DNA of 64,000 bases from an uncultured Gammaproteobacteria bacterium (GCA_964435035.1 CAYSXR010000002.1:12252-76251); one strand, 5' to 3'. Positions 1 to 9,910 are shown, numbered from the stretch's first letter. Notes: generated from the sequence alone by a model not told the origin. A program made the numbers and translations.

Positions 1-5
1 AGGGG

Positions 6-284
6 GTGCCCGAAGATGTTGTTGAAATTGATCCACATGCGTATCGAACGTATCTCACTTGTTATCGAGCAAAACATGAATTTAATTTAGAAGAAATTTT
101 GGTGATTACTCAAAATTTTCATTTGCCACGTACGATGTATCTGTGTAGCAAAATGGGAATTAAGACGATTGGTCTTTCTGCTGATCTGAAAGAATATCGA
201 GGGATGTGGAAAGCTCAAGGAAGGGAAGTGTTCTCGCGAGTGAAGGCAGTTGTGCAGGTACTGGTGACAAGGCCGAAGAAATAA
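6..284 (+). CDS. SanA/YdcF (DUF218) family protein, C-terminal part; 5' end outside the window
   Basis: ORF reaches the window edge. C-terminal motif ITQNFHLPRTMYLCSKMG matches the DUF218 TQxFHxxRA signature. Confidence 0.55.
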   Translation: MPEDVVEIDPHAYRTYLTCYRAKHEFNLEEILVITQNFHLPRTMYLCSKMGIKTIGLSADLKEYRGMWKAQGREVFSRVKAVVQVLVTRPKK

Positions 285-285
285 A

Positions 286-316
286 AGTAAAAGCACAAAA
301 GTTAAAACAAAAATAC
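286..316. repeat. GTAAAAG-CGCAAAAG-GTTAAAAG hexamer-word motif copy
   Basis: AAAGTAAAAGCACAAAAGTTAAAACAAAAA. Related copies at 1921-1958, 2316-2352 and 40727-40760. Confidence 0.6.
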
Positions 317-367
317 ACGGGAAAGATCTCGTGTATTTTAATTTGTATTTTGAATTGTCTTTTGCTT

Positions 368-823
368 TTACTTCGTTCCTGGAACCCTTCCTGGAATTTC
401 GAGTTCAATGTCGTTACTGTATACTGTACATTTTTGGTCGACTACTGCACAGACTCGGAAATGAGTGGTGCCAGCAGCTAGACCTTTCCATTCTTTTTCT
501 CGGAATCCTTTGCTTCTTTCGAATACAAATTTAGTGCCTGGATAGCTAGGGTTTTCTTCTGAACCACCGATAAGCCACCATTTTTCTACACTTTCAGCTA
601 CTTCGTTTGTGGGTTCCCATGTGAGATTTACTGAATAGGGACCCGTAATACTTCCGGTCAAAACGATACTATCGTCAATCTTTTCGCCATTTACGGTACC
701 CGTATCAGATGATGTTGGGTTTGTACCAGTATCTTTTGCTGGAGTAGGTTCACTCTGGCGTGAGCAACCAGCTCCTGTTAGGAGTAATACTCCTACTATG
801 ACAGGCAATATTCGTAGACGCAT
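368..823 (-). CDS. Secreted lipoprotein, hypothetical; Fn3-like beta-rich C-terminus
   Basis: Signal peptide with lipobox LLLTGAGCS, followed by a Thr/Ser-rich linker. Confidence 0.5.
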   Translation of the reverse strand: MRLRILPVIVGVLLLTGAGCSRQSEPTPAKDTGTNPTSSDTGTVNGEKIDDSIVLTGSITGPYSVNLTWEPTNEVAESVEKWWLIGGSEENPSYPGTKFVFERSKGFREKEWKGLAAGTTHFRVCAVVDQKCTVYSNDIELEIPGRVPGTK

Positions 824-902
824 AGTGTTTTAGTCTGTTTAAGAATAATGCGATATGGGATTAGTCTAGTAGATTGTTAGGATTTATGCAAGGGGCGGGG
901 GA

Positions 903-935
903 TTAGTTGTCTGGTTTTCTAGTTTTCTGGTTGGG
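903..935. repeat. GTCTGGTT / CTAGTT word repeat copy
   Basis: TAGTTGTCTGGTTTTCTAGTTTTCTGGTT. Confidence 0.7.
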
Positions 936-962
936 AGAGACGCAAAATTTTGCGTCTGTACC

Positions 963-1331
963 TTAGTTGTTTGGTTTAAAGTCGAGGGATAGCGAATTGA
1001 TGCAATATCGCTTGCCTGTAGGACCTGGTCCGTCGTCAAATACATGGCCCAGATGTCCTTTGCATTTCGCGCAGACGACCTCGGTTCGGTGCATGCCGTG
1101 AGTGTTGTCTTCAATAAGCTCTACAGCTCCTGAGTGAGCGAGGTCAGAGAAACTGGGCCAGCCTGTTCCTGAATCAAATTTTGTAACTGACGAAAATAAT
1201 TCTGAATTACAGAGCGCACAATTGTACATACCTTTTTCTTTGTTATGTACATATTTACCGCTGAATGGAGCTTCAGTTCCTTTCTCGAGGAGAATGCCGC
1301 ATTGTTGAGGGGTGAGGTGGGAAGTGTCCAT
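963..1331 (-). CDS. msrB: Peptide-methionine (R)-S-oxide reductase MsrB
   Basis: SelR fold motifs: CxxC ... CxxC zinc site and the catalytic GWPSF / RYCINS region. Confidence 0.9.
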   Translation of the reverse strand: MDTSHLTPQQCGILLEKGTEAPFSGKYVHNKEKGMYNCALCNSELFSSVTKFDSGTGWPSFSDLAHSGAVELIEDNTHGMHRTEVVCAKCKGHLGHVFDDGPGPTGKRYCINSLSLDFKPNN

Positions 1332-1374
1332 AGGGATTTAGTTAGAAAGTTTCAAAGTGTGTATAGTCATATCG

Positions 1375-1920
1375 TTATTTTTTCACTTTTGCGAATTCAT
1401 TTTTGATTTTGATATCCGGTAATAGATGGTTCGATTGTTCGGTGTCTTCCGGTCTATAAATTAGAATTCGTATATCTATATGTGATAGAGGTACATTATT
1501 TTCCTCTCCAATTTTTTGTACTTCTCGATCTTGCATTCCTTTCATTTTGTTTGTTTCTTTTTCGGTATAATCAGGAAATCCGAAGGTGAGGGCTCCAAAA
1601 ATAATGACTCCTTTTGGGTTTTCATAGCTCGATTGATCGAGCAAGAGTTCGTCTTTGCTGTATGTGCTGAATTGGTTGAGTCTATCCACTCTCACACTCG
1701 GTATTCCTTGTTCTGTCAGTCGTGCTTTGATTGCACCTGAAAGAGTGGTTTTTCCAACGTTTGTATCGTTGTTTATTGGTCCTGCGATACCGACCACGAC
1801 ATAGTCTTGTGAATTGAGTAGTGTATGGATGCGTTCAAGCGCTTTTTCAACTCCTTCGTTGAATGAGTATTCTTTTTTTTCTTGTGTTACTTCTGGTGAG
1901 TATTCTCCTCGTTCTGGCAT
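1375..1920 (-). CDS. P-loop kinase-like protein (uridine kinase/PRK-like fold), function uncertain
   Basis: VVVGIAGPINNDTNVGKTT P-loop-like segment. Start moved to the internal ATG at 1920 because the longer ORF reads through an intergenic repeat. Confidence 0.4.
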   Translation of the reverse strand: MPERGEYSPEVTQEKKEYSFNEGVEKALERIHTLLNSQDYVVVGIAGPINNDTNVGKTTLSGAIKARLTEQGIPSVRVDRLNQFSTYSKDELLLDQSSYENPKGVIIFGALTFGFPDYTEKETNKMKGMQDREVQKIGEENNVPLSHIDIRILIYRPEDTEQSNHLLPDIKIKNEFAKVKK

Positions 1921-1958
1921 ATTTAAAAAGTTAAAAGTAAAAGCGCAAAAGGTAAAAG
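1921..1958. repeat. GTAAAAG word motif copy
   Basis: AAAAGTTAAAAGTAAAAGCGCAAAAGGTAAAAG. Confidence 0.6.
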
Positions 1959-1967
1959 ATTGAGAAA

Positions 1968-2070
1968 TTAAATCCGTCTCAATTCTGTCCAATTCCGTGT
2001 CATCCGTGTTCCATTGGGCGAATGTCAGAGAATAGAACACTGATGACACGGATTAAACGGATCGTCACGA
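1968..2070. repeat. ACGGAT-word palindromic intergenic element, copy 1
   Basis: Inverted arms AAATCCGT..CGTGTCATCCGTGTTC and GAATAGAACACTGATGACACGGATTAAACGGAT. Confidence 0.8.
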
Positions 2071-2310
2071 ATTTCTAATTATCAATTTTTCTTTATTAGC
2101 CCTTGTCATCTTTTTTATTTCCATTTCTCGTTTGGTTGCTTTCGATCTATCCTTATGTTTTTCGGTGTAGACCAGAGAGAAAGGGAGACGTGCTCGGACA
2201 TATACCGAACCTTTACCAGTCTGGTGAACTACAAGACGTTTTTCTAGGTCTTTTGCAATTCCGGTGTAGAGTGAGTCGTCGGCGCAACGAATGATGTAGA
2301 GAGTGTACAT
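2065..2310 (-). CDS. GIY-YIG nuclease superfamily protein (YhbQ/UPF0213-like)
   Basis: YTLYIIRC..DSLYTGIAKDLEKRLVVH matches the GIY-YIG motif. 81 aa. Confidence 0.7.
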   Translation of the reverse strand: MYTLYIIRCADDSLYTGIAKDLEKRLVVHQTGKGSVYVRARLPFSLVYTEKHKDRSKATKREMEIKKMTRANKEKLIIRNS

Positions 2311-2315
2311 TTGGG

Positions 2316-2352
2316 GAAAGTAAAAACTTAAAACGCAAAACTTAAAATAGTA
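2316..2352. repeat. GTAAAAG word motif copy (variant)
   Basis: AAAGTAAAAACTTAAAACGCAAAACTTAAAATAG. Confidence 0.55.
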
Positions 2353-2436
2353 GAAATTAGATTTTGACTTTTTTGATACTTTATCTTACTATACCTCATA
2401 TATAAGCCCTACTCAAGGGGTTTTTGTCTGTTATAT

Positions 2437-5001
2437 ATGCAAGAAAAAATTGTTATCAAAGGGGCGAGGGAGCATAATCTTAAGAACATTTCGCTTGAGC
2501 TTCCACGCAACAAAATGATTGTGTTTACCGGACTGTCTGGATCAGGCAAGTCTTCTTTGGCTTTCGACACTATCTTTGCCGAAGGACAGAGACGCTATAT
2601 TGAGAGTCTTTCAGCCTATGCTCGCCAATTTCTTGGTGGGATGCAGAAGCCTGATGTGGATGAGATCGAGGGATTGTCTCCTGCAATTTCTATTGATCAG
2701 AAGGCGCATAGTGCGAATCCCCGTTCAACGGTTGCAACTATTACTGAAATTTATGATTATCTTCGTGTCTTATTTGCGCGTATTGGAGAGCCTTTTTGTC
2801 CGCAGTGTGGTACGAAGATTGAGAAGATGACGACTGATGAAATTGGAGAGAGAATACAAGCTACTGTTTCCAAAATAGAAAAGCTTTCAAAAGGTGCGGA
2901 GCTTATTATTTTTGCACCAGTGGTTCGAGGGAGAAAAGGGGAGTATTATCAGATGCTCTATGATATGTACAATTCTGGATATCTTGAAGTTCGAGTTGAT
3001 GGAAAAATGAAGAGTTTGCGCGATCGGATTGTTCTATCGAAAAATACCAAACACACCATTGAGATTGTGGTAGATAAAATTCCATTGGCTGGTCTTGATA
3101 CACAGCGAATGGCTGAAGCAGTTGAGTCAGCGGTTGATCTGTCCAATGGATTGGTAACTGTATCATTTGACGGGAAACAAGAAGTTATCTATAGCACGCA
3201 GTATTCGTGTCCGAATGATGGATTTGCGTTTCCTGAGATTGAACCTCGGTTGTTTAGTTTCAATAGTCCATACGGTTATTGTACCGCGTGTACTGGTCTT
3301 GGAACTAAAGAATTATTTAGTGAAGAAGTGTGTCTTGTGTGTCAGGGGAAGCGTCTCAATAATACGGCCCTTTCAGTTAAAATCAATAATAAAAATATTT
3401 ACGAGATCACGAGTCTCATGATTAGTGAAGCAAGAGATTTTTTTACTGATCTTCGCAGTACGTTATCTCCACGAGTGATTGAAATATCTACGGCTGCATT
3501 GAATGAAATTGATAATCGTTTGAAATTCATGTTTGATGTGGGACTTCATTATCTTACCCTAAACCGAACTGCAGGCACGCTCTCTGGAGGAGAATCACAA
3601 CGTATTCGATTGGCGTCACAAGTGGGTCAGCGTCTTGTCGGGGCATTATATGTGTTAGACGAGCCTACGATTGGGCTGCATCAGAAAGATAATGATCAGC
3701 TGGTTTCAACACTTCGAAATCTCTGTGATGTCGGGAATACGATTATTGTCGTCGAGCATGATGAAGATACGATTATGGTGTCTGACTGGATTGTGGACAT
3801 TGGTCCAGGTGCGGGAACGCATGGGGGGCATGTAGTGTATTCGGGACCTTTATCCAGTCTGCTTAATAAGAAAAAACCAGAGAGTGTTGCGTATGGTAGC
3901 AAGACGTATGGATCAGTAGAAAAATCTCTTACAGGAAAATATTTGCGTGGAGAGCAGAAAATTTCGGTTCCAGAAAACCGTAGAAAAGTGGACAATACTA
4001 CTCCAAAGATAAAAATTAAAGGAGCGCGGGAACATAATCTCAAAAATATTTCTGTTGAGATTCCGTTGAAACGATTAGTGTGTTTGACCGGAGTGTCTGG
4101 ATCTGGAAAATCCACGCTTATGCATTCGATTCTCTATCGTTCGGTTGCAAATAAATTGAACCATACTCGGTACCATGTCGGAGAGCATGACGCAGTACTC
4201 AATACTGAGTATATTGATAAAATTATCAAGATTGATCAGAAGCCGATTGGGCGGACGCCACGAAGTAATCCTGCGACCTATACCAAGGCATATGATCCGA
4301 TTCGTGAAATTTTTGCCATGACTCCTGAAGCAAAAATCAGAGGATACAAAATTGGACGATTTAGTTTCAACGTACCTGGTGGACGATGTGAGAATTGCGA
4401 AGGAAAAGGATCGCTTGAAATTGAAATGCATTTTCTTCCGACAGTTTCGATTGTGTGTGATGTGTGTAAAGGAGCGAGATTCAATGCGGAAACTCTTGCG
4501 ATTCATTATAAAGAAAAAAATATTGCACAAGTACTGGCAATGACGATTGAAGAGTCACGAGAGTTTTTTCAAGATATTCCTCCAATTGCAGATAAATTGA
4601 ACATGCTTCATGAAGTAGGATTGGATTATCTCACCCTTGGACAATCTGCAAGTACGCTCTCAGGTGGTGAAGCGCAACGAATCAAATTATCTCGAGAACT
4701 GTCAAAGCGTGCGACGAGCAAAACGTTGTATTTGCTTGATGAGCCTACGACTGGACTCCATTTTGATGATGTAAAAAAATTAATTGAAGTATTGCAAAAA
4801 CTTACGTCACACGGCAATACGGTCATGATTATCGAACACAATCTTGAGGTTATCAAATCTGCTGACTGGATTATTGATCTTGGGCCTGAAGGGGGAGATA
4901 AAGGTGGAAAGCTGATTGCGACTGGAACTCCAGAAGAGATTGCGAGAAAATCTACGTCGAGTCATACGGGGTATTATTTGAAGCGAGTATTATCTACTTA
5001 A
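2437..5001 (+). CDS. uvrA: Excinuclease ABC subunit A
   Basis: Two ABC ATPase modules ([12 protein letters not shown] and [10 protein letters not shown]), LSGGE signature motifs twice, and zinc-finger Cys clusters. Confidence 0.95.
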   Translation: MQEKIVIKGAREHNLKNISLELPRNKMIVFTGLSGSGKSSLAFDTIFAEGQRRYIESLSAYARQFLGGMQKPDVDEIEGLSPAISIDQKAHSANPRSTVATITEIYDYLRVLFARIGEPFCPQCGTKIEKMTTDEIGERIQATVSKIEKLSKGAELIIFAPVVRGRKGEYYQMLYDMYNSGYLEVRVDGKMKSLRDRIVLSKNTKHTIEIVVDKIPLAGLDTQRMAEAVESAVDLSNGLVTVSFDGKQEVIYSTQYSCPNDGFAFPEIEPRLFSFNSPYGYCTACTGLGTKELFSEEVCLVCQGKRLNNTALSVKINNKNIYEITSLMISEARDFFTDLRSTLSPRVIEISTAALNEIDNRLKFMFDVGLHYLTLNRTAGTLSGGESQRIRLASQVGQRLVGALYVLDEPTIGLHQKDNDQLVSTLRNLCDVGNTIIVVEHDEDTIMVSDWIVDIGPGAGTHGGHVVYSGPLSSLLNKKKPESVAYGSKTYGSVEKSLTGKYLRGEQKISVPENRRKVDNTTPKIKIKGAREHNLKNISVEIPLKRLVCLTGVSGSGKSTLMHSILYRSVANKLNHTRYHVGEHDAVLNTEYIDKIIKIDQKPIGRTPRSNPATYTKAYDPIREIFAMTPEAKIRGYKIGRFSFNVPGGRCENCEGKGSLEIEMHFLPTVSIVCDVCKGARFNAETLAIHYKEKNIAQVLAMTIEESREFFQDIPPIADKLNMLHEVGLDYLTLGQSASTLSGGEAQRIKLSRELSKRATSKTLYLLDEPTTGLHFDDVKKLIEVLQKLTSHGNTVMIIEHNLEVIKSADWIIDLGPEGGDKGGKLIATGTPEEIARKSTSSHTGYYLKRVLST

Positions 5002-5162
5002 TTTTGTGATAAGGTATATAAAAAATACGATTACATTTGGATAGGTTCAGAAAAAAATGAAATTTGTGGTCTATCGAATTGATTGACAACTCTGTTATTT
5101 TATGACAGAGTTTTGTGTATGTGCCGTAATTCAGCGGTACCTGATTCAGGAGGGACAGAGTC

Positions 5163-5579
5163 ATGGAAGAGGGTGTCTATATACTCCATCCACCTGCTCG
5201 CGTTCATAGGGGACCGCGGCCCCATAACCTCATCATCGGGCAGGTGTCCGGGATGATCCACGGCGGAATCGCGGTGTTTCCTGTGGCTGGCGGTGACAAA
5301 GAGCTTGTGCTTGTGTCCCTTCGTTCTCTCGAGAATGCAGATCGCAGCGATTGGAAGAGCAACAGCTGGTTCATGTTCACGGTCGTGTGTCTCGGCTGCA
5401 TCTTGGAGTCGGGAGAGGCCCGTACGTTTGATGGGATCTCTCAGCTCCACCAGCGCGGACTCCACTACATCTGCTGCAGCTTCGATCTCAGTCGTGTGCC
5501 CGATCGCACGGTCACGATCAAGCTTCTCCCGGACGAGCCGCCTGATCCGTCGAAGGGGGCCACGTTCCGTACCTGCTGA
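5163..5579 (+). CDS. Hypothetical protein encoded in high-GC island A
   Basis: Strong RBS AGGAGGG 8 nt before the ATG. On a sampled stretch GC3 (~78%) exceeds GC1, which exceeds GC2, as expected for the coding frame. The ORF track also shows overlapping ORFs in other frames and on the minus strand across the same high-GC stretch. Confidence 0.4.
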   Translation: MEEGVYILHPPARVHRGPRPHNLIIGQVSGMIHGGIAVFPVAGGDKELVLVSLRSLENADRSDWKSNSWFMFTVVCLGCILESGEARTFDGISQLHQRGLHYICCSFDLSRVPDRTVTIKLLPDEPPDPSKGATFRTC

Positions 5580-5766
5580 ATTCATCTATCATACGGACCC
5601 TTCACCTGTGCGTGAAGTGGTCCGTGTGATTTCCATCTATCACTTTGTAAGTGATTTTTTTGTTAGCATGTCTATATTCACTGTATCATTGACTTTTTTG
5701 TATTTATATGAAAGAATCTTTTTTGTTGCGTTGCATTTTCGTACGCACACATGTGGGAGCATCTTC

Positions 5767-6066
5767 ATGCAACATGCGGTTACTGGCGCAATGAAGAAGG
5801 GTAAGGTACGACCCTTCACGGTCGATGATCTTCCTGTACTCGAGAAGAATGGCTACACCCTTCGGGTCAAGAGCTCGGCCATCGAGAATAACGACTTCGA
5901 GGTGGAAGTGGGTCCTCCGAGCAATTCGGCCTTTCAGGTGGGGACTGTTCGTACGTACGTGTTCCACGAGGGAGCACAGCCGGTCTACGATCCACGCCGA
6001 CGGTATGGCTACGCCGAACTCAAATTCGATCTGGCGACGTCTCACGCCACCCTCGAGCTCCGCTGA
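5767..6066 (+). CDS. Hypothetical small protein in high-GC island A
   Basis: ATG preceded by TGGGAG. The ORF ends just before a strong hairpin terminator at 6083-6117. Confidence 0.4.
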   Translation: MQHAVTGAMKKGKVRPFTVDDLPVLEKNGYTLRVKSSAIENNDFEVEVGPPSNSAFQVGTVRTYVFHEGAQPVYDPRRRYGYAELKFDLATSHATLELR

Positions 6067-6082
6067 GCCTCCGTGTCTTCCA

Positions 6083-6117
6083 TAGCAAGGACCTTTCCTT
6101 TCGAGGAATGGTCCTTG
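6083..6117 (+). terminator. Hairpin terminator closing high-GC island A
   Basis: CAAGGACCTTTCCTTTCGAGGAATGGTCCTTG: a 9-bp GC-rich stem. Confidence 0.6.
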
Positions 6118-6184
6118 CATCTTACATATTGTGGATACTGCTATTGTGGCAGTTTTTTTATATTATTTTTTCTTGGTATACTAC

Positions 6185-7441
6185 ATGTCTATGATATCTG
6201 ATGCTTTGCTAAAAATTGTAGCTTCACTTCCTCAGAATCCAGGGATTTATTTGTTTTATAATGTAAAAAAAGAATTAGTCTATGTGGGAAAAGCTACATC
6301 ATTACGAAGTCGTGTGCGAAGCTATTTTCTTGCACGTAAAACTCCTCGCCCGATTGAACAGATGATGCATGAGGTGATTACAATCAAATATATTGAAACT
6401 GATTCTGTACTTGAAGCAGTGATTCTCGAATCAATGTATATCAAAAAATTTCAACCAATTTATAATGTAGAAGGAAAAGATGATAAAAGTTGGAATTATA
6501 TTATGATTACGAATGAGCTGTATCCGCAGGTATATACAATGCGTGAACATGAGTATGTACGTCTGAGTTCTGATGAAATTAAAAAAGATTTTCTACACAT
6601 GTCCGGTCCATATCCTGGGTTGAATGCGAAAGTGACCATGAAGTTACTTCGAAGGTTATTTTATATTTCAACGTGCAAACCGAATGCGAAACGTCCTTGC
6701 TTGTATCGTCAAATGGGACAGTGTCTCGGTGTATGTACGGGAGAGATTACGAGTGGTGACTATCGGAGAAAAGTAATTCGACCCTTGATTACGTTTTTGT
6801 CAGGAGGAAAGAAAAAGCTTATTACATCTTTTGAAACTCAGATGGTGCGTGCTGCGCGTGCAGAGCAATTCGAAGAAGCGGCGCGTCTTCGTAATCAATT
6901 ACATGCACTTACCCGTATTCAGGATATTGCCCTTATTAATAAAGATTTCTTTGCTGATTTGGAACCAAAAAAAGAAGATACAATACACATGCGAATTGAA
7001 GGATATGATATTTCTAATTTAGGAAAGACAGGAAAAGTGGGGAGTATGGTGGTGTTTGATGCCGACGGGCCGATCAAACATTCGTATCGTAAATTTAAAA
7101 TTAAAACTGTTGAAGGGCAGAGTGATGTAGATTGTCTCGAAGAAGTATTAGTCCGTAGATTCAAGCATGTTGAGTGGAAATTTCCCACAGCAATTATGAT
7201 TGATGGGGGATATCCGCAAGTGAATCGCGCAAAAGAAGTGCTTACTCGACTCGGGATTGCAATTCCTCTGGTGGGTATTGCAAAAGGTCCGGAACGCAAG
7301 CGGAATGATTTTATTTTGGGTAATAGGGAGTCTGAGTTTGTGAAGTGGGTAGATCAACATCGAGAATTGTTGATCCGAGTAAGAGACGAAGCTCATCGTT
7401 TTGCGATTACATATCAAAGAAAGTTGAGGAAGATTGGATAA
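6185..7441 (+). CDS. uvrC: Excinuclease ABC subunit C, short form lacking the C-terminal HhH2 region
   Basis: N-terminal GIY-YIG (GIYLFYN..LVYVGKA), Cys-rich segment, and RNase-H-like endonuclease region (IEGYDISNLGKTGKVGSMVVFDADGP). Confidence 0.85.
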   Translation: MSMISDALLKIVASLPQNPGIYLFYNVKKELVYVGKATSLRSRVRSYFLARKTPRPIEQMMHEVITIKYIETDSVLEAVILESMYIKKFQPIYNVEGKDDKSWNYIMITNELYPQVYTMREHEYVRLSSDEIKKDFLHMSGPYPGLNAKVTMKLLRRLFYISTCKPNAKRPCLYRQMGQCLGVCTGEITSGDYRRKVIRPLITFLSGGKKKLITSFETQMVRAARAEQFEEAARLRNQLHALTRIQDIALINKDFFADLEPKKEDTIHMRIEGYDISNLGKTGKVGSMVVFDADGPIKHSYRKFKIKTVEGQSDVDCLEEVLVRRFKHVEWKFPTAIMIDGGYPQVNRAKEVLTRLGIAIPLVGIAKGPERKRNDFILGNRESEFVKWVDQHRELLIRVRDEAHRFAITYQRKLRKIG

Positions 7442-7536
7442 TCAAAAATTGAAGAATAAAGATTGGAAGATTAAAAAAACATCGTATCGATTTTATAATT
7501 TTCCAATCTTTATTTTTTTAATCTTTAATCTTTTTT

Positions 7537-7989
7537 ATGTCATGGGAACAGCGACGACACGAGTGGAAACAATCTCCGCCTGAAATAGATAAAATTGATG
7601 AGTGGTTTCATTCATTATCATCAGACGAGCGCTTTGACGCATTTTTTGGTTCTGCAAGTTTTAGAGATATTACTGATCAGTTTCAGCGTTATTTGCATAG
7701 TATTTTTGATGGTCAAAAATCTTCACAATTTCGTTTTGAGCCAACTTCAAAACTTATTTCTTTTGTGTTGGGTAAAATAGTCATAAAAACTCCTGAGTTT
7801 CGTAACACGGTTAAAGATAACCAGAACGTGGTGAAGGTTTTGTTGGAGCAAGAATCTCGAGTTATGTGTAGAATGTATGCAATTTGCACCTATGAACCCC
7901 AGAAAAAACCGGGTATATCAGAATTTGCATATAATTTGGACATTCCATGGAAATGGGAGGAAACTGCGGTTGAGATACTTGGGTTTTGA
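7537..7989 (+). CDS. Hypothetical protein
   Basis: 150-aa ORF bracketed by hairpin terminators. No recognisable motif. Confidence 0.45.
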   Translation: MSWEQRRHEWKQSPPEIDKIDEWFHSLSSDERFDAFFGSASFRDITDQFQRYLHSIFDGQKSSQFRFEPTSKLISFVLGKIVIKTPEFRNTVKDNQNVVKVLLEQESRVMCRMYAICTYEPQKKPGISEFAYNLDIPWKWEETAVEILGF

Positions 7990-8049
7990 GCTTCTAAAAG
8001 AAGCTATGGTCACTATACCTACGAGAGTGGGTATTTTTTATACACAACA

Positions 8050-8122
8050 AAGTGGATAAGTGGGGTTGTAAAGGGGTGTATGGTGGTGTAAAATGGCTGG
8101 TAGTGGAGAATTGTGGGGAATT
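8050..8122 (+). promoter_or_regulatory. Array of GTGG(G/A) direct repeats upstream of mraZ (MraZ-box operator-like)
   Basis: At least six GTGGR/GGTGG words between about 8052 and 8120, immediately 5' of mraZ. Confidence 0.5.
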
Positions 8123-8187
8123 TCCTCATCTAGAGAGTAATACGCCATGCTTGTCTGTATAACTCTCGCAGGCTCTCAAATCTATAT

Positions 8188-8619
8188 ATGTTTATAGGTG
8201 AATATAGCCACAATTTAGATGAGAAAGGTCGCCTTGCAATACCCAAGAAATTTCGAGCCGATCTTTCACAAGGTGCTGTAGTTACCCGAGGACTCGATAA
8301 CTGCCTTTTTTTGTACACCAAGGCAGAGTGGGCAAAACTTGCGGAAAAACTGGCACAGTTGCCTTTTTCTCAAGCAAATAGTCGTGCATTTGCTCGACTC
8401 ATGCTTGCAGGAGCTATGGATGTTGAAGTAGATACACAGGGACGTATTATTCTTCCTCCATATTTACGTTCGTTTGCTGGACTTAGTAAATCAGTCGTGA
8501 TTGCTGGTCTGTATACTCGTCTTGAAATCTGGGATGAATCAAAATGGAAGTCATATACTACCTCAACTGAGTCTGAAAGTACGACAATTGCAGAACAGAT
8601 GGGTAACCTCGGCGTATGA
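8188..8619 (+). CDS. mraZ: Transcriptional regulator MraZ
   Basis: N-terminus MFIGEYSHNLDEKGRLAIPKKFR and the duplicated MraZ fold. Sits at the head of the dcw cluster. Confidence 0.9.
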   Translation: MFIGEYSHNLDEKGRLAIPKKFRADLSQGAVVTRGLDNCLFLYTKAEWAKLAEKLAQLPFSQANSRAFARLMLAGAMDVEVDTQGRIILPPYLRSFAGLSKSVVIAGLYTRLEIWDESKWKSYTTSTESESTTIAEQMGNLGV

Positions 8620-9560
8620 GACCTGTCTTCGTTAAAACTACGCCAGGCAGGCATATACCAGTCCTTTTACAAGAAGTGCTTCGTTCACTTGAATTGGCAC
8701 CTGGCAAAAATATTATTGATTGCACTGTGGGTGACGCAGGTCATAGTGAGGCAATACTTGCAGGTACTGCCCCAAATGGAAAATTACTTGCAATTGATGC
8801 TGATGCTGAAGCAATACTTCGAGCAAAGAATTTTCTTCATACTTTCGAAGATCGCGTGACATACGCGAGAGAAAATTTCGAACATTTGAAGAGAATTGTT
8901 GATGAAACTACTTTTGGTCCAGTCAATGGAATTCTCATGGATTTTGGATGGTCGAGTCCTCAGTTTGAAGAACGGAAACGTGGATTTAGCTTCCAGAACA
9001 AAGAAGAGGTTCTTGATATGCGCTATACCGCGCAGGGGGACGTTACTCGTCCGAGTGCTGCAGATCTTCTCCTTACTATGGATGAGACTGAGCTTGAAGA
9101 GATGTTCCGTGTATATGGAGAAGAGCGGTTGAGCTTGGAAATTGCACAAGCAATTGTTACTAAGCGGGACGAAAAACCGATTTCGACCGTGGGGGAGTTG
9201 GTCGAAGTGGTGCTTGCGACCTATCGCAGGAAACTGAAGACTGATAAAGAAATTCCGTGGGTGGGAGGATTGCACCCTGCAACGAAAGTGTTTCAGGCAC
9301 TCCGAATTGCGGTAAATGATGAATTAGGAGTGATTGAACGAGTGTTGCCTCAAGCGATTGAGGTGTTAGCTCCACAGGGAATGCTTGCAGTAATCACATT
9401 TCATTCTCTGGAAGATCGGATTGTCAAGCATTATTTCAAAGAACAGGCTAATAAAAATATTACTATTATTACTAAAAAACCAATTGTTGCGGGAGAGACG
9501 GAACACAAAGAAAATTCTCGCGCACGGTCGGCAAAATTACGAGTTATTAAGAAATTATGA
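8616..9560 (+). CDS. rsmH: 16S rRNA (cytosine1402-N4)-methyltransferase RsmH
   Basis: Overlaps the mraZ stop. SAM-MTase motifs (IDCTVGDAGHS, DFGWSSPQ). Confidence 0.9.
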   Translation: MRPVFVKTTPGRHIPVLLQEVLRSLELAPGKNIIDCTVGDAGHSEAILAGTAPNGKLLAIDADAEAILRAKNFLHTFEDRVTYARENFEHLKRIVDETTFGPVNGILMDFGWSSPQFEERKRGFSFQNKEEVLDMRYTAQGDVTRPSAADLLLTMDETELEEMFRVYGEERLSLEIAQAIVTKRDEKPISTVGELVEVVLATYRRKLKTDKEIPWVGGLHPATKVFQALRIAVNDELGVIERVLPQAIEVLAPQGMLAVITFHSLEDRIVKHYFKEQANKNITIITKKPIVAGETEHKENSRARSAKLRVIKKL

Positions 9561-9901
9561 ATGCATACATCAAGAAAAAATCAACCATGAAGGATCGAAG
9601 GGCTATTGTTCGACAGATTGTGCTTGGTAGAACATTTCGTTCTATGCTTTCGTTCGTAATGGTTGGGTTTGGTGTTTTGTATATTTGGCAGGTAAATACA
9701 GTGTCTTCGAAAGGATACGTTATTTCTGATTATGAACAACAAGTTTCTTTACTTGAGAGAGAAACTAGGAGTATTGATGTGGCGATTGCGGAACATACTT
9801 CGATTATGACGGTGAGAGAACGGCTGGTGGATGGACAATTCGAAGCGGTGACTGATGCTGAATATGTCTCACTCACGAGCGATGCGGTGGCGAAGAGATA
9901 A
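9557..9901 (+). CDS. FtsL/DivIC-like cell-division protein
   Basis: Single TM followed by a coiled-coil. Position immediately after rsmH matches ftsL in the dcw cluster. Confidence 0.45.
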   Translation: MNAYIKKKSTMKDRRAIVRQIVLGRTFRSMLSFVMVGFGVLYIWQVNTVSSKGYVISDYEQQVSLLERETRSIDVAIAEHTSIMTVRERLVDGQFEAVTDAEYVSLTSDAVAKR

Positions 9902-9910
9902 TTCATATAC

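Noticed and set aside
1921-2049. N-terminal extension of ORF 1375..2049 (MSSVFYSLTFAQWNTDD...)
   Set aside because: The extension is a read-through translation of the ACGGAT palindromic repeat. The same SSVFYS peptide appears in ORF 57002..57787 for the same reason. The start was moved to the ATG at 1920.
2437-5001. Numerous 60-150-aa antisense or off-frame ORFs inside uvrA, the Clp-like gene, dnaB, glyA, the Mpl-like gene and the glycan-locus genes
   Set aside because: They lie entirely inside confidently assigned conserved genes on the opposite strand or in another frame. They are low-complexity and lack start contexts.
5100-5585. 161-aa minus-strand ORF and 257-aa plus-strand ORF (5293..6066) overlapping the island A genes
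   Set aside because: Long ORFs in every frame are expected in high-GC DNA. The ATG at 5163 has the AGGAGGG RBS and shows the GC3 over GC1 over GC2 pattern. The 5293..6066 ORF runs across the AT-rich promoter spacer with a Ser/Arg-rich translation. Only its C-terminal part (5767..6066) was kept.
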